A stretch of 32,000 nucleotides of DNA from NCBI RefSeq assembly GCF_000015145.1, contig NC_008818.1, positions 690,001-722,000 of the forward strand, written 5' to 3'. The translations under genes and the position numbers were made by a program. The stretch comes from Hyperthermus butylicus DSM 5456. Its GTDB lineage: Archaea; Thermoproteota; Thermoprotei_A; Sulfolobales; Pyrodictiaceae. A model generated the notes under the pieces. That model was not told the origin of the DNA, did not search any database, and saw only the letters and a program-made list of their open reading frames with translations. Below, piece by piece: positions 9,725 to 18,504 of the stretch. The first letter of the stretch is position 1; each line of letters opens with the position of its first letter.

Positions 9725-10828
9725 GTGAAAGGATTCTCACTGCTTTTCGAGCCTCTGAGCTTCGGGAACTACAAGTGGCAGGGCGCGTTTGGCCCCTCGC
9801 TGAGGGGGCCGCAGGCCTACTCTCGTTCCTCGCCGCTACCACTACCATCAACGATGGCTGGTGCTGTTGCGGCAGCTGCCATAACGGCTCTTGGCGGCAA
9901 CCTCTGCAGGGACGAGTGCAGGGGTAGCAGCTACCCCTACTGCAGCGTGGCTGGGACTTTGGAGGAGAAGCTCTGCCGGGGGGCGAGGCTGAGGGGCCCC
10001 TTCTACTATGTTGAGGGTGGTGGCTCGCGTGTGGCCTGTATGTACCATACGGAGAATAGCCTCATCTGCATCGACGATAGCGGCAAGGCTGGAATAGTTG
10101 GTGTGGCGCAGCTTCAGAGCGTGGGTATAGCGTTGGATAGTCTTTCGAGGAGCGCCCTGGAAGGCTACATCTACACGCTACTCTCCGTAGACCTTACAGC
10201 TACAGCCAAGAGGGTAGCAGAGAGGTTCGAGCTCCCCCACGTTAAGAGGTATGGGGTTCTCGTTGAGGTCCACGGAGAGTGCGGCACCGCAGAAAGAGTG
10301 GACGGTGCTATCGTTGTTCTAGGTGGCGAACAGAGGCCCCACCGGCTACACGTCCTAAACAGCCAGCCGCTCACAGAGTTACTAAAGGCAGTCCTGGAGA
10401 GAGCTGGTGGAGACTGCTACTACTGGCACATAGCAACACCCATACTCCTCTGCCGCGACACCATGCCGGAGGAGTGTAGGGAGGCGCTAGGGTCTCCCAG
10501 GGAGCTGCTTGAAAAATGTCTCGTGGAGAAGGTGATGGGTCTCAAGCCATGCCCTAGAGGGAGGCTGGTGCCGGAGGGTGGGAGGGTGAGGTTCTCCGCC
10601 ATAGGCCTAGGCTACAGCCACTGCAGCTGGCACCAGGGGAGGTGGGCTGGGGGCAAGAGGAAGTATTGTGCAGCCATAATGCCAGGCTGGGGGATCATCG
10701 CAGAGCGAGTGGCAGACTGGGAGTCCTGGTATGTTAGTGGCGTAGGCTCCTATAGCCAGCTAGGCTGGGGCACAATAGCACCCTTACCATTAGACTTTCT
10801 TGAGAGCCTACGATGCACCGACGAGTAA
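9725..10828 (+). CDS. cmr3: Type III-B RAMP protein Cmr3
   Basis: GFSLLFEPLSFGNYKWQGAFGPSLRGPQAYSRSSPLPLPSTMAGAVAAAAI and a C-terminal Gly-rich stretch fit Cmr3. I prefer the GTG at 9725 (ggaggtgag 8-9 nt upstream). GTG at 9713, overlapping the cmr2 stop as GTGA, is an alternative. ORF-track start 9650 lies inside cmr2. Confidence 0.88.
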   Translation: MKGFSLLFEPLSFGNYKWQGAFGPSLRGPQAYSRSSPLPLPSTMAGAVAAAAITALGGNLCRDECRGSSYPYCSVAGTLEEKLCRGARLRGPFYYVEGGGSRVACMYHTENSLICIDDSGKAGIVGVAQLQSVGIALDSLSRSALEGYIYTLLSVDLTATAKRVAERFELPHVKRYGVLVEVHGECGTAERVDGAIVVLGGEQRPHRLHVLNSQPLTELLKAVLERAGGDCYYWHIATPILLCRDTMPEECREALGSPRELLEKCLVEKVMGLKPCPRGRLVPEGGRVRFSAIGLGYSHCSWHQGRWAGGKRKYCAAIMPGWGIIAERVADWESWYVSGVGSYSQLGWGTIAPLPLDFLESLRCTDE

Positions 10829-10863
10829 GCTCTTTAGGCCGTAGAAGTGCGTGGTGAGCCTTC

Positions 10864-11685
10864 TTGAGTCTGAGCGGGGGGCTTGAAAACCTCGCAAAAC
10901 TCCTATCCCCAAGGCATGTAGAGAAAGTTGAAGCCCAGGTCAGCATTGTGGGAGACGTGTGGAACCGGCTTCTCAGCGAGGCCCGCTTGTCCGGCGAGAC
11001 TATAGAGACGGAGCCCGGTAGCGTCTGCAGGGTTTCGCTGAAACGCCTGAAGGAAAGTATGAGGAGGATAGTTAAGGATAGAAGGACGCACGCGGCCGTG
11101 AGAAGGGCTCTTGAGGGGCTTCTCAGCAAGCTCGGGAAGGGAGATCTGGGCTGCCCCGAGCCGGGGGCGGAGCTGGCCTCCAAGGTGGAGCATGTGAAGA
11201 AGCTCGTTGAAAAACTGTCCAAAACACTTTATGACGATCTCGACTGCGGCCAGCTGTGCGGCAGAGACAAGCGCTGCCAGGACAACTGTCATGTCGTGCT
11301 CGCCGAACTCATCGGGGAGATAAACTTTATGGGGTTCCTGCTGGACACATGCTACAATACTGAGAGGTTCAAAAGGCTCTACAGGGCGCTGAGCAGCCTG
11401 CTAACATGTCCTAGCCTGGATGAGGGGGATAGGCAGGCACTAGCTACACTGGTAGTGGCGGCCACACTCCTCCTAGCTGAGAACTATAGGGAGATAGACT
11501 GGCTCTATGAGCTGCTGAGGGCTAAGCTCGGCCTGCCAGTCACTCCGTGGCTTGGAGATGTTGCAGCCCTAACCTACGCTACAGCAGGCATACTCGGCGC
11601 CGATAAGCTCGGTACAAGCGTACGCTTCAACGTAGAGACCGTCGGCAAGCTGGTGGCAAAACTGCTAGAGTGCAGAACAGCCTAA
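10864..11685 (+). CDS. Uncharacterised 273-aa predominantly helical, Cys-containing protein, last gene of the cmr cluster (TTG start)
   Basis: Long clean ORF 35 nt after cmr3 on the same strand, with ggtgag about 6 nt before TTG. No family recognised. Contains CGQLCGRDKRCQDNC (CX3C-X5-CX3C). Confidence 0.82.
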   Translation: MSLSGGLENLAKLLSPRHVEKVEAQVSIVGDVWNRLLSEARLSGETIETEPGSVCRVSLKRLKESMRRIVKDRRTHAAVRRALEGLLSKLGKGDLGCPEPGAELASKVEHVKKLVEKLSKTLYDDLDCGQLCGRDKRCQDNCHVVLAELIGEINFMGFLLDTCYNTERFKRLYRALSSLLTCPSLDEGDRQALATLVVAATLLLAENYREIDWLYELLRAKLGLPVTPWLGDVAALTYATAGILGADKLGTSVRFNVETVGKLVAKLLECRTA

Positions 11686-11866
11686 AACTATACCCTTGCC
11701 ACGAGAACAGCCACCAAGATCATGGCCTGCCATTTTATGCCAAGAAGCTAGCCAAGTCTATACCCCCAAGGAAACCGAGGAAGCTGCAGGAAGAGGCCAT
11801 GGCGTGGAGGACTTGTGAAGCCTCCTGAGCCCGAGCGATTTTTCATGGCTCTCCGCTACCAGCTCC

Positions 11867-12319
11867 GTGTTAGCCCTGAGAGAATCCTCTAACTACTCTA
11901 TCGCCGTCCGAGTGTTTATCAGAATGCCCATGGGCAAGAAGGCTTCAAAACCAATGAATGCTATTGCTTACAGAAGGCTCGGCCCAGAGAACAGTGAAGT
12001 CTACGTAAACATGGACGCGTATCCTAGTGCACGAGCTAAAAAGAATTCGAGAAGGAGGCCCCGGAAGTATTACGAGGACAACCGGGACGAATAGCGGGAG
12101 GAACAACCCCCTGCTCCACCATCGAGAACAGCTTCTAAGATTACTGGTCAACTACGCCAGGAGCCACCCGCCAAGGCCATACCAGAGCGCTTACTAGCAT
12201 ACCTGCACAACCACAAGCCTACGATCCTAGCTACCAGGCTATGCCGTAAGCTCGACAAGTTAGCCAGGGATTACCTAAACGACATAATTCTATCGCCGAC
12301 ACTTCCTAACATTAAGTAG
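11867..12319 (+). pseudogene. Possible amber-interrupted ORF (75 aa + in-frame TAG at 12092-12094 + 74 aa)
   Basis: The ORF-track ORF 11867..12094 continues in frame past TAG as REEQPPAPPSRTASKITGQLRQEPPAKAIPERLLAYLHNHKPTILATRLCRKLDKLARDYLNDIILSPTLPNIK, stopping at 12317-12319. No family recognised. Confidence 0.35.
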
Positions 12320-12373
12320 CAATGGCAAGCAATGGTTCCTCCCAGTCAGATGCCATATCTATATGCCAAAGCT

Positions 12374-15300
12374 CTTACAATTCTCTTTTGAGTTGTTCGC
12401 CCGCTCCAGGACTCGGCACGGACCTCTATCCTAGTGCCTCCGTTCTTGCAATTCTCTTTTGAGTTGTTCTAGGCTATGTCAAAAGAGAAATCGCTATAAG
12501 AAAAACATCTTGCAATTCTCTTTTGAGTTGTTCGAGCGCCTGCTGCAGATCATAGAGTATGAATTGTCGAAGGAGACTTGCAATTCTCTTTTGAGTTGTT
12601 CAGGGAGGATAAGGACGACCCGCTGGAGGCAATAGCAATAGGTGTCATCTTGCAATTCTCTTTTGAGTTGTTCCCTGGCGAACATGGTTATCGTGCTGCC
12701 GCCCTCGTAGCCAAACGCCTTGCAATTCTCTTTTGAGTTGTTCACGAGTGAGGTACGGGCGTCGAGGAAAACTACGGTACATGATTGTCTTGCAATTCTC
12801 TTTTGAGTTGTTCATTTTTGCCGTTTGGTGGGAAGGTTCTCCCACCTGCTCACTTCTCTTGCAATTCTCTTTTGAGTTGTTCAGTGGTGACAAGGCAGCA
12901 AGTAATAGTGCAACTCTGCATACCGAAAGACTTGCAATTCTCTTTTGAGTTGTTCAGGTGGAGAGGCTGCTGGGCGGTGAGGCCCTGGCAGGTATAAAGA
13001 CTTGCAATTCTCTTTTGAGTTGTTCATCCACTCCTCCCTGCTTACCTTCCTCTTTACGACTAGTCTTGCAATTCTCTTTTGAGTTGTTCCTATGTCCTCC
13101 TCCCGTAGGCTCAGGGGCCAGGGCATTAGAACTTGCAATTCTCTTTTGAGTTGTTCCAGCAGTTGCTCTAGGGTCTTCGGCACCCACATGGAGTGCTGTG
13201 GTGCTTGCAATTCTCTTTTGAGTTGTTCGGAGGTGAGAGGTATGAGTAGAAAATGTAAATTCGTATCTTGCAATTCTCTTTTGAGTTGTTCAGATGAGAT
13301 AGAGCAGCTGCTAGAGGAGTGCGAAGCCGTTGACTTGCAATTCTCTTTTGAGTTGTTCCAAACCTGCGCTACCTCAACGACCTACCACCAACTATTGATA
13401 TCTTGCAATTCTCTTTTGAGTTGTTCAGATGAGATAGAGCAGCTGCTAGAGGAGTGCGAAGCCGTTGACTTGCAATTCTCTTTTGAGTTGTTCCAAACCT
13501 GCGCTACCTCAACGACCTACCACCAACTATTGATATCTTGCAATTCTCTTTTGAGTTGTTCCCAGGTACGGTGACCTACTGCTTAAACCCGACTGCCTAG
13601 CACCAGGAGGGGATCTTGCAATTCTCTTTTGAGTTGTTCCATTATACCGATGATGTTCAGTACTGCTACAGCAATGGCAGCCTTGCAATTCTCTTTTGAG
13701 TTGTTCTGGTGGAGATTGTGAAGTGAGGTGATCGGCATGCAGATGTCTTGCAATTCTCTTTTGAGTTGTTCAAGAGAGGTGGCAGTGAGGAAAACGTTGA
13801 TTGTGATGGAAGAAATCTTGCAATTCTCTTTTGAGTTGTTCGCGTGGTGCTATGGGTCGTCGAGGACTAGGAGGGCGAAGAGTCTTGCAATTCTCTTTTG
13901 AGTTGTTCCCTCCTCGGAGAGCGTTACATTGCTGAGATATGCCTTTACTTGCAATTCTCTTTTGAGTTGTTCTCACATGGCTCGGTTTTCCCCCAAAATC
14001 ACGCATTCATTGTACGTCTTGCAATTCTCTTTTGAGTTGTTCATTAATCAAATCACAATCATTGGGAGCTGCGATCAACAAAAGAACACTTGCAATTCTC
14101 TTTTGAGTTGTTCCAAGCATCACCGCATCTACCGGCTCCTGCTACGCCTCGGCCCCAGGACTTGCAATTCTCTTTTGAGTTGTTCTTGATTGTAGGCGCG
14201 CAAGGCGGTGGTGGCAATAACGCTTTCGCCTTGCAATTCTCTTTTGAGTTGTTCTGGCACGCTGGAAGTACTACTACAACGGAGTGAACCAGTTGGACCC
14301 TTGCAATTCTCTTTTGAGTTGTTCCTTCGTCCTGTTCGGCAGTATCAACTATGTGAAGACTGAGATGCCTTGCAATTCTCTTTTGAGTTGTTCTCGCTCG
14401 CTGGCGGTGGCGTCGTCGAGATCGCAAAATCGAATCCTTGCAATTCTCTTTTGAGTTGTTCATACAGCTTCGAGGAACGCGAAGAGCCTGGCCGCTTGCT
14501 TCTTGTCCCTTGCAATTCTCTTTTGAGTTGTTCCAGTATGCATAGACAAGTCTATCGGCAGGATAGAGCCCTATATCAAGGCTTGCAATTCTCTTTTGAG
14601 TTGTTCAGAGGATGTTCGAGGAGCGGCTGAGGGAGATGCAGGAGACGATACACTTGCAATTCTCTTTTGAGTTGTTCTTAGTAGAATCATAGAAGAAGGT
14701 AGTATCAGCATCTTGATAGATCTTGCAATTCTCTTTTGAGTTGTTCTTGAAAAAAGACCTGCATGAGGTGGCTCATCATGCGCTTGCTTGCAATTCTCTT
14801 TTGAGTTGTTCAGAGCCCGTTCACCCGCATAGCGGTCAAATGGGAGCCCAGCGCTTGCAATTCTCTTTTGAGTTGTTCACCGGTGAGAGGGATGGTAAGG
14901 GTCGAGTTTCAGATCAATACACTTGCAATTCTCTTTTGAGTTGTTCTTCACATCATTCATTGAGTACACAACAGGAGAGAGCTACATAGAGGCTTGCAAT
15001 TCTCTTTTGAGTTGTTCATAGTCATCGAATACAACGGCATATTCATGATGGAATGCAAACCTTGCAATTCTCTTTTGAGTTGTTCAGACCCTGAGAAACG
15101 AGACAGACTACCCGCCAGCCAGGCTCTGGAGGCTTGCAATTCTCTTTTGAGTTGTTCACGTTAGAAACCCCGATGCAGCGATAAAGACACTGAGCCTTGC
15201 AATTCTCTTTTGAGTTGTTCGATATTCCACGTAGACCACCACGAGACAAGCATACCGTTCGCTTGCAATTCTCTTTTGAGTTGTTCCTACATCTCGCTGC

Positions 15301-15556
15301 GCTACAGCAGCAAGGACGAGGCGTCCACTTGCAATTCTCTTTTGAGTTGTTCAAGACCATGAGTGCACAACGATGCAGCAGTTCTACATAGTCTTCAATG
15401 ACTTGCAATTCTCTTTTGAGTTGTTCGAAGAAGGTTGGCAACAAATGGAGGGGCGTTAAAGCCCTTGCTTGCAATTCTCTTTTGAGTTGTTCAGCAAGCT
15501 GAAGTTTAAACTCTGCAACGTGGAGAGCTGCCTTGCAATTCTCTTTTGAGTTGTTC
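12374..15556 (-). CRISPR. CRISPR array, 47 repeats of 25 nt, 46 spacers of 38-53 nt
   Basis: Plus-strand unit CTTGCAATTCTCTTTTGAGTTGTTC; crRNA-sense form GAACAACTCAAAAGAGAATTGCAAG ends in ATTGCAAG, like the archaeal ATTGAAAG 5' tag. Repeat starts hand-placed from 12374 to 15532. The leftmost copy carries a substitution (CTTACAA). Confidence 0.99.
13292..13561. repeat. Perfect tandem duplication of a 135-bp block (two spacer-repeat units) inside the CRISPR array
   Basis: 13292-13426 is identical to 13427-13561: AGATGAGATAGAGCAGCTGCTAGAGGAGTGCGAAGCCGTTGA + repeat + CAAACCTGCGCTACCTCAACGACCTACCACCAACTATTGATAT + repeat. Confidence 0.98.
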
Positions 15557-15790
15557 TGCACTGTGGGGGTGTTGGGGTTTCTCTGTTGAGTTGGGGGTCC
15601 GGGTTTTCTCCCGGTTTTGTGGCTGTTTTATTTCTTTTGGTTTCCTGGGGGCGTACTTGTGGCTATGGATTTGGGGTTGGAATGTGTTCTCATGGATTTG
15701 TATGGGTTTGCATGGAGCAATGCAAGAACACTTGCAGTTCCGCCACGTGTATGTTCGCAAGAAGACATATATAGAATTGCAAGAAACTCT
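15557..15790 (-). promoter_or_regulatory. Probable CRISPR leader with candidate TATA box (minus-strand CTATATATG, 15766-15774)
   Basis: Non-coding sequence next to the perfect-repeat end of the array, opposite the degenerate terminal repeat. The TATA-like element points into the array. Orientation agrees with the ATTGCAAG 5'-tag rule. Confidence 0.6.
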
Positions 15791-16028
15791 GACAGCAATG
15801 GACACCCACAACACAGGATAGGAGAACATAGTGGGACAAAACAACTAGCTGTAGGATGCGCGTTGTAAAGGGTTCTGGAACAGGTTTGCTATGTGTTGGG
15901 TTGGTGGTGTGTTTTGTGGGTGGGATTGCTGTGGTGGGTGTGTTGTGGGGGTTCAGTGCCCAAGGATTTCTTCATGCCCCCCTTTCTGTGGGGGTCTGGG
16001 GCCCATCAGTTCATCATGGGGTGTTGGG

Positions 16029-17246
16029 TTATGGTTTCTTGCGTAGGCGTGCTATGTAGTAGCCTGTTGTGCGGTGTACGTGTGGGTGGCTGCGCTGTGC
16101 GTACCATGCCTGGTTTAGGCCTCTGCTGAACCTGTGGTATTGTGGTTCCTCCGGGTTTAGGCCTAGCTTCTCTATGGCGTATTGTGTGTTTTCCTCGTTC
16201 TCCATTAGTGTCATGGTGCATGTTGAGTAGACTAGTACTCCGCCTGGCTTGAGCAGCTTGGCTGCTGCGCGGAGGAACTGGCGCTGGTACTCCGCGGTGT
16301 TGGCGACGTCTCGGAGTGTCTTACGGTCGTAGATCTTGGGGATTACGCCTAGGCTTGTGCATGGGGGGTCTAGGAGCACGTAGTCGGCGACCCCGCTGCC
16401 GAGGATGCGGTCGAGGTATCTGGAGTCAGCCCGTATGACCTCTATGCGGGTGTGGCCGAGCCGGCCTAGCTCCATTCTCATCCTCTCGGTCTTCCTGGCG
16501 GAGTGGTCTACGGCGATGATCCTTGCCTCGCCCCTTACTAGCTCGTAGATGTGGCTTGTCTTGCCTCCGGGGGCTGCGCACATGTCCACTATAACTGCTC
16601 CGGGCTCCGGGTCTAGGATCCTGGACGCGTACATGGAGGGGAGGCTTTGCTCGTAGATGACGCCCCGGCGCCACCACACGGTGTCCCGGAGGCTTGGCAC
16701 CCGGTAGCGGGGCCGGACGTTGACCGCTACGAGGCCCCTCCCCTCCTCCATTGCACGGCGGTAGTCCTCGGCTAGCACGGCGTTGGCGACGGGTACGCCG
16801 TTCTCCGAGACTACTGTGACCTCTGCTCCGGGGTTGGCGCACGCCTCGTCCAGCGCTACGACGCCGGGGGCGTACACGTTCGCGCCCAGCATGATGCTCT
16901 CGGCGGCCCTCTTGTCGACCACTAGCCTGCACCCGGTGTCCCGGGGCTCCACGGGCCCCCGGACCGGGAGCCACAGGGCCTCCGGCAGCTCCTCGTCAGC
17001 ATAGACTTCCAGGCCCTGGGCCCTCATCTCGTCGAGCACCGTGCCGGGGTCAGCCCGGAGCACGTTTACCCGGACGTAGTACCTGGCGGGGGGCTCCAGT
17101 ATCGCCTGGAGCGCCGCGCTTAGGGCTCCGCCGTAGACCCTGCGCAGCTCCCGCAGCAGCCCAGCATCATAGTCTAGCTGGGGCGGCGCCCGGATGTCCT
17201 CCTGGATGTCCTCCTCCTGGATAGCGGGGTTCCGCACACGGGGCAT
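16029..17246 (-). CDS. NOL1/NOP2/Sun-family RNA m5C methyltransferase with PUA domain
   Basis: VIVDMCAAPGGKTSHIYEL, DYVLLDPPCTSLGVIPKI and LVYSTCTMTLMENEENTQYAI, plus a central PUA-like region VVDKRAAESIMLGANVYAPGVV. Confidence 0.93.
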   Translation of the reverse strand: MPRVRNPAIQEEDIQEDIRAPPQLDYDAGLLRELRRVYGGALSAALQAILEPPARYYVRVNVLRADPGTVLDEMRAQGLEVYADEELPEALWLPVRGPVEPRDTGCRLVVDKRAAESIMLGANVYAPGVVALDEACANPGAEVTVVSENGVPVANAVLAEDYRRAMEEGRGLVAVNVRPRYRVPSLRDTVWWRRGVIYEQSLPSMYASRILDPEPGAVIVDMCAAPGGKTSHIYELVRGEARIIAVDHSARKTERMRMELGRLGHTRIEVIRADSRYLDRILGSGVADYVLLDPPCTSLGVIPKIYDRKTLRDVANTAEYQRQFLRAAAKLLKPGGVLVYSTCTMTLMENEENTQYAIEKLGLNPEEPQYHRFSRGLNQAWYAQRSHPHVHRTTGYYIARLRKKP

Positions 17247-17764
17247 ACCCGTTCACCCGGCCTCCGGGACCGGTAGCCGCACGCTGGGCAGACAGCCTCG
17301 TAGTCCTCCACCCTGCTTATACCCCGTGTGCGGAGGCTCCGGTACTCCAGGCCGAGCAGCGCGGCCAGGTTCTGGACGCTATAGTCGTCAGTGACCACCA
17401 CGACACGGCGGCCCTCCCCAGCCAGCTCGAGCGCCAGTGCCAGGACGCTGAGGTCGGTCCTGCTGAGCGAGACGTGGAGCCCGTGCCGCGCCGCGAGCTT
17501 CTCCACCCTGCGGATGCTCCCCGGGGAGGGGTCGCGGACCTCGACCCTGCCGAGGCTCAGCGCCAGCTCCAGGCCCTCCCTGCTAGACGGGTCCCGGACC
17601 TCGCCCAGGACGAGGCTCGTAGTGTACATCCTGCCCCTCGGCGCGTAGAGGGGCCACCTGGCTATGAACGCGGTCGTGTCGAGCACGTAGACTAGCTCCA
17701 GGGCGTCCTCAGCCTCCTCACCCCCCGGTACCGGGCTATCCTCACCGGCGGCCCGCACAGGCAA
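17174..17764 (-). CDS. Nob1-like PIN-domain endoribonuclease with zinc ribbon (true start probably near 17690)
   Basis: YVLDTTAFIARWP...VVVVTDDYSVQNLAALLGL, then CPACGYRSRRPGERVCPVCGTPL zinc ribbon. ORF-track start overlaps the NAD kinase 3' end. Confidence 0.85.
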   Translation of the reverse strand: MPVRAAGEDSPVPGGEEAEDALELVYVLDTTAFIARWPLYAPRGRMYTTSLVLGEVRDPSSREGLELALSLGRVEVRDPSPGSIRRVEKLAARHGLHVSLSRTDLSVLALALELAGEGRRVVVVTDDYSVQNLAALLGLEYRSLRTRGISRVEDYEAVCPACGYRSRRPGERVCPVCGTPLSRRRTSRRTSGRRPS

Positions 17765-18504
17765 GCCCTCACCACGGCCCCGCGGGACAGCAGCTTCTCG
17801 TAGACACCATCCACTATCAGCTTGGCCGGCCTGGTCGCGTGTATAAGCTCTACCTCCACCCCCGGCCGCCCGGGAACCACCACGCTCCCATACCGCCGGT
17901 CTAGGGGGTTCACCGGGGTCAACACCACCGCGTCCAGGTCGAGGTAGAGGACGGGGCCGCCCGCGCTGTAGCTATAGGCGGTGCTCCCCATAGGCGTCGC
18001 AACTATGAGGCCGTCACCCTCAAGCCTCTCATACACCGTGTCGTCGCCGGCCCGAACCCTCACAACCAGTATCTTGGAGCCCGACCCCAGCACAGCGGCC
18101 TCGTTGAAAGCGTAGACCGGCACACCCTGCACCTCAACGTGGAGCCTCACCCGCTGCTCGACCTCAAAGTGCCCCGCAACGAAGTCCCCGATCCTGTCGA
18201 GGGCCTCTCCGGGCTCCTCGTCGAAGAAGAACGCCTTCCGGCCGAGCCTCACCAGGTGGAGCACCGGCGTCTTGGAGCCCAGGAGCTGGAGGAGCCGGAG
18301 CAGCGTACCGTCACCGCCAATCACCACGACGCCGTCCACGTCGTCGAATCGCACGTCGGTGCTGGGGCCCCCGACCAGCCCGGCTATCGAGGCATCGTAG
18401 AAGGCCTCCGCCCCCGCCTCCCTCAAGCGGCGGTAAGCCTCTCTAGCCAGCTCCAGCGCCTCCCTACGGTCGGGCCTCGCGTATATGGCGACCCTGCGGA
18501 GCAA
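17692..18504 (-). CDS. NAD kinase (ATP-NAD/polyphosphate kinase family)
   Basis: VDGVVVIGGDGTLLRLLQLLG, FNEAAVLG, EGDGLIVATPMGSTAYSYSAGGPVL, LTPVNPL. Likely start TTG at 18504 (LLRRVAIYARPDR). The longer ORF to 18726 has a non-homologous-looking extension inside the divergent gene. Confidence 0.88.
   Translation of the reverse strand: MLRRVAIYARPDRREALELAREAYRRLREAGAEAFYDASIAGLVGGPSTDVRFDDVDGVVVIGGDGTLLRLLQLLGSKTPVLHLVRLGRKAFFFDEEPGEALDRIGDFVAGHFEVEQRVRLHVEVQGVPVYAFNEAAVLGSGSKILVVRVRAGDDTVYERLEGDGLIVATPMGSTAYSYSAGGPVLYLDLDAVVLTPVNPLDRRYGSVVVPGRPGVEVELIHATRPAKLIVDGVYEKLLSRGAVVRACLCGPPVRIARYRGVRRLRTPWS

Noticed and set aside
10734-11292. Minus-strand ORFs opposite the 273-aa gene (10734..11222, 10903..11292)
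   Set aside because: Both lie antisense to the clean plus-strand ORF, which follows cmr3 closely and has an SD-like signal. The antisense composition looks like a shadow.
11945-12151. Minus-strand 68-aa ORF between the cmr cluster and the array
   Set aside because: Leu/Val/Pro-rich antisense frame. The plus-strand frame extending past TAG is more coding-like.
12374-15556. Self-targeting spacers against the cmr operon or other genes in this window
   Set aside because: Checked a few spacers by eye and saw no obvious match. This was not exhaustive; BLASTN of all 46 spacers against the full genome is needed.
12494-15561. Many ORF-track entries across the array (e.g. repeated NNSKENCK, QFSFELF, CNSLLSCS, EQLKRELQ motifs)
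   Set aside because: These are translations of the CRISPR repeat (CTTGCAATTCTCTTTTGAGTTGTTC and its complement) read through spacers, not genes.
15506-16221. ORFs in the region between the array and the methyltransferase
   Set aside because: Start within or next to the leader, mutually overlapping, G/T- or A/C-biased composition. Better explained as non-coding leader/intergenic DNA.
16426-16974. 182-aa minus ORF in the methyltransferase region
   Set aside because: Arg/Gly/Pro-rich alternative frame of the same strand inside a gene with clear NOP2/Sun motifs.
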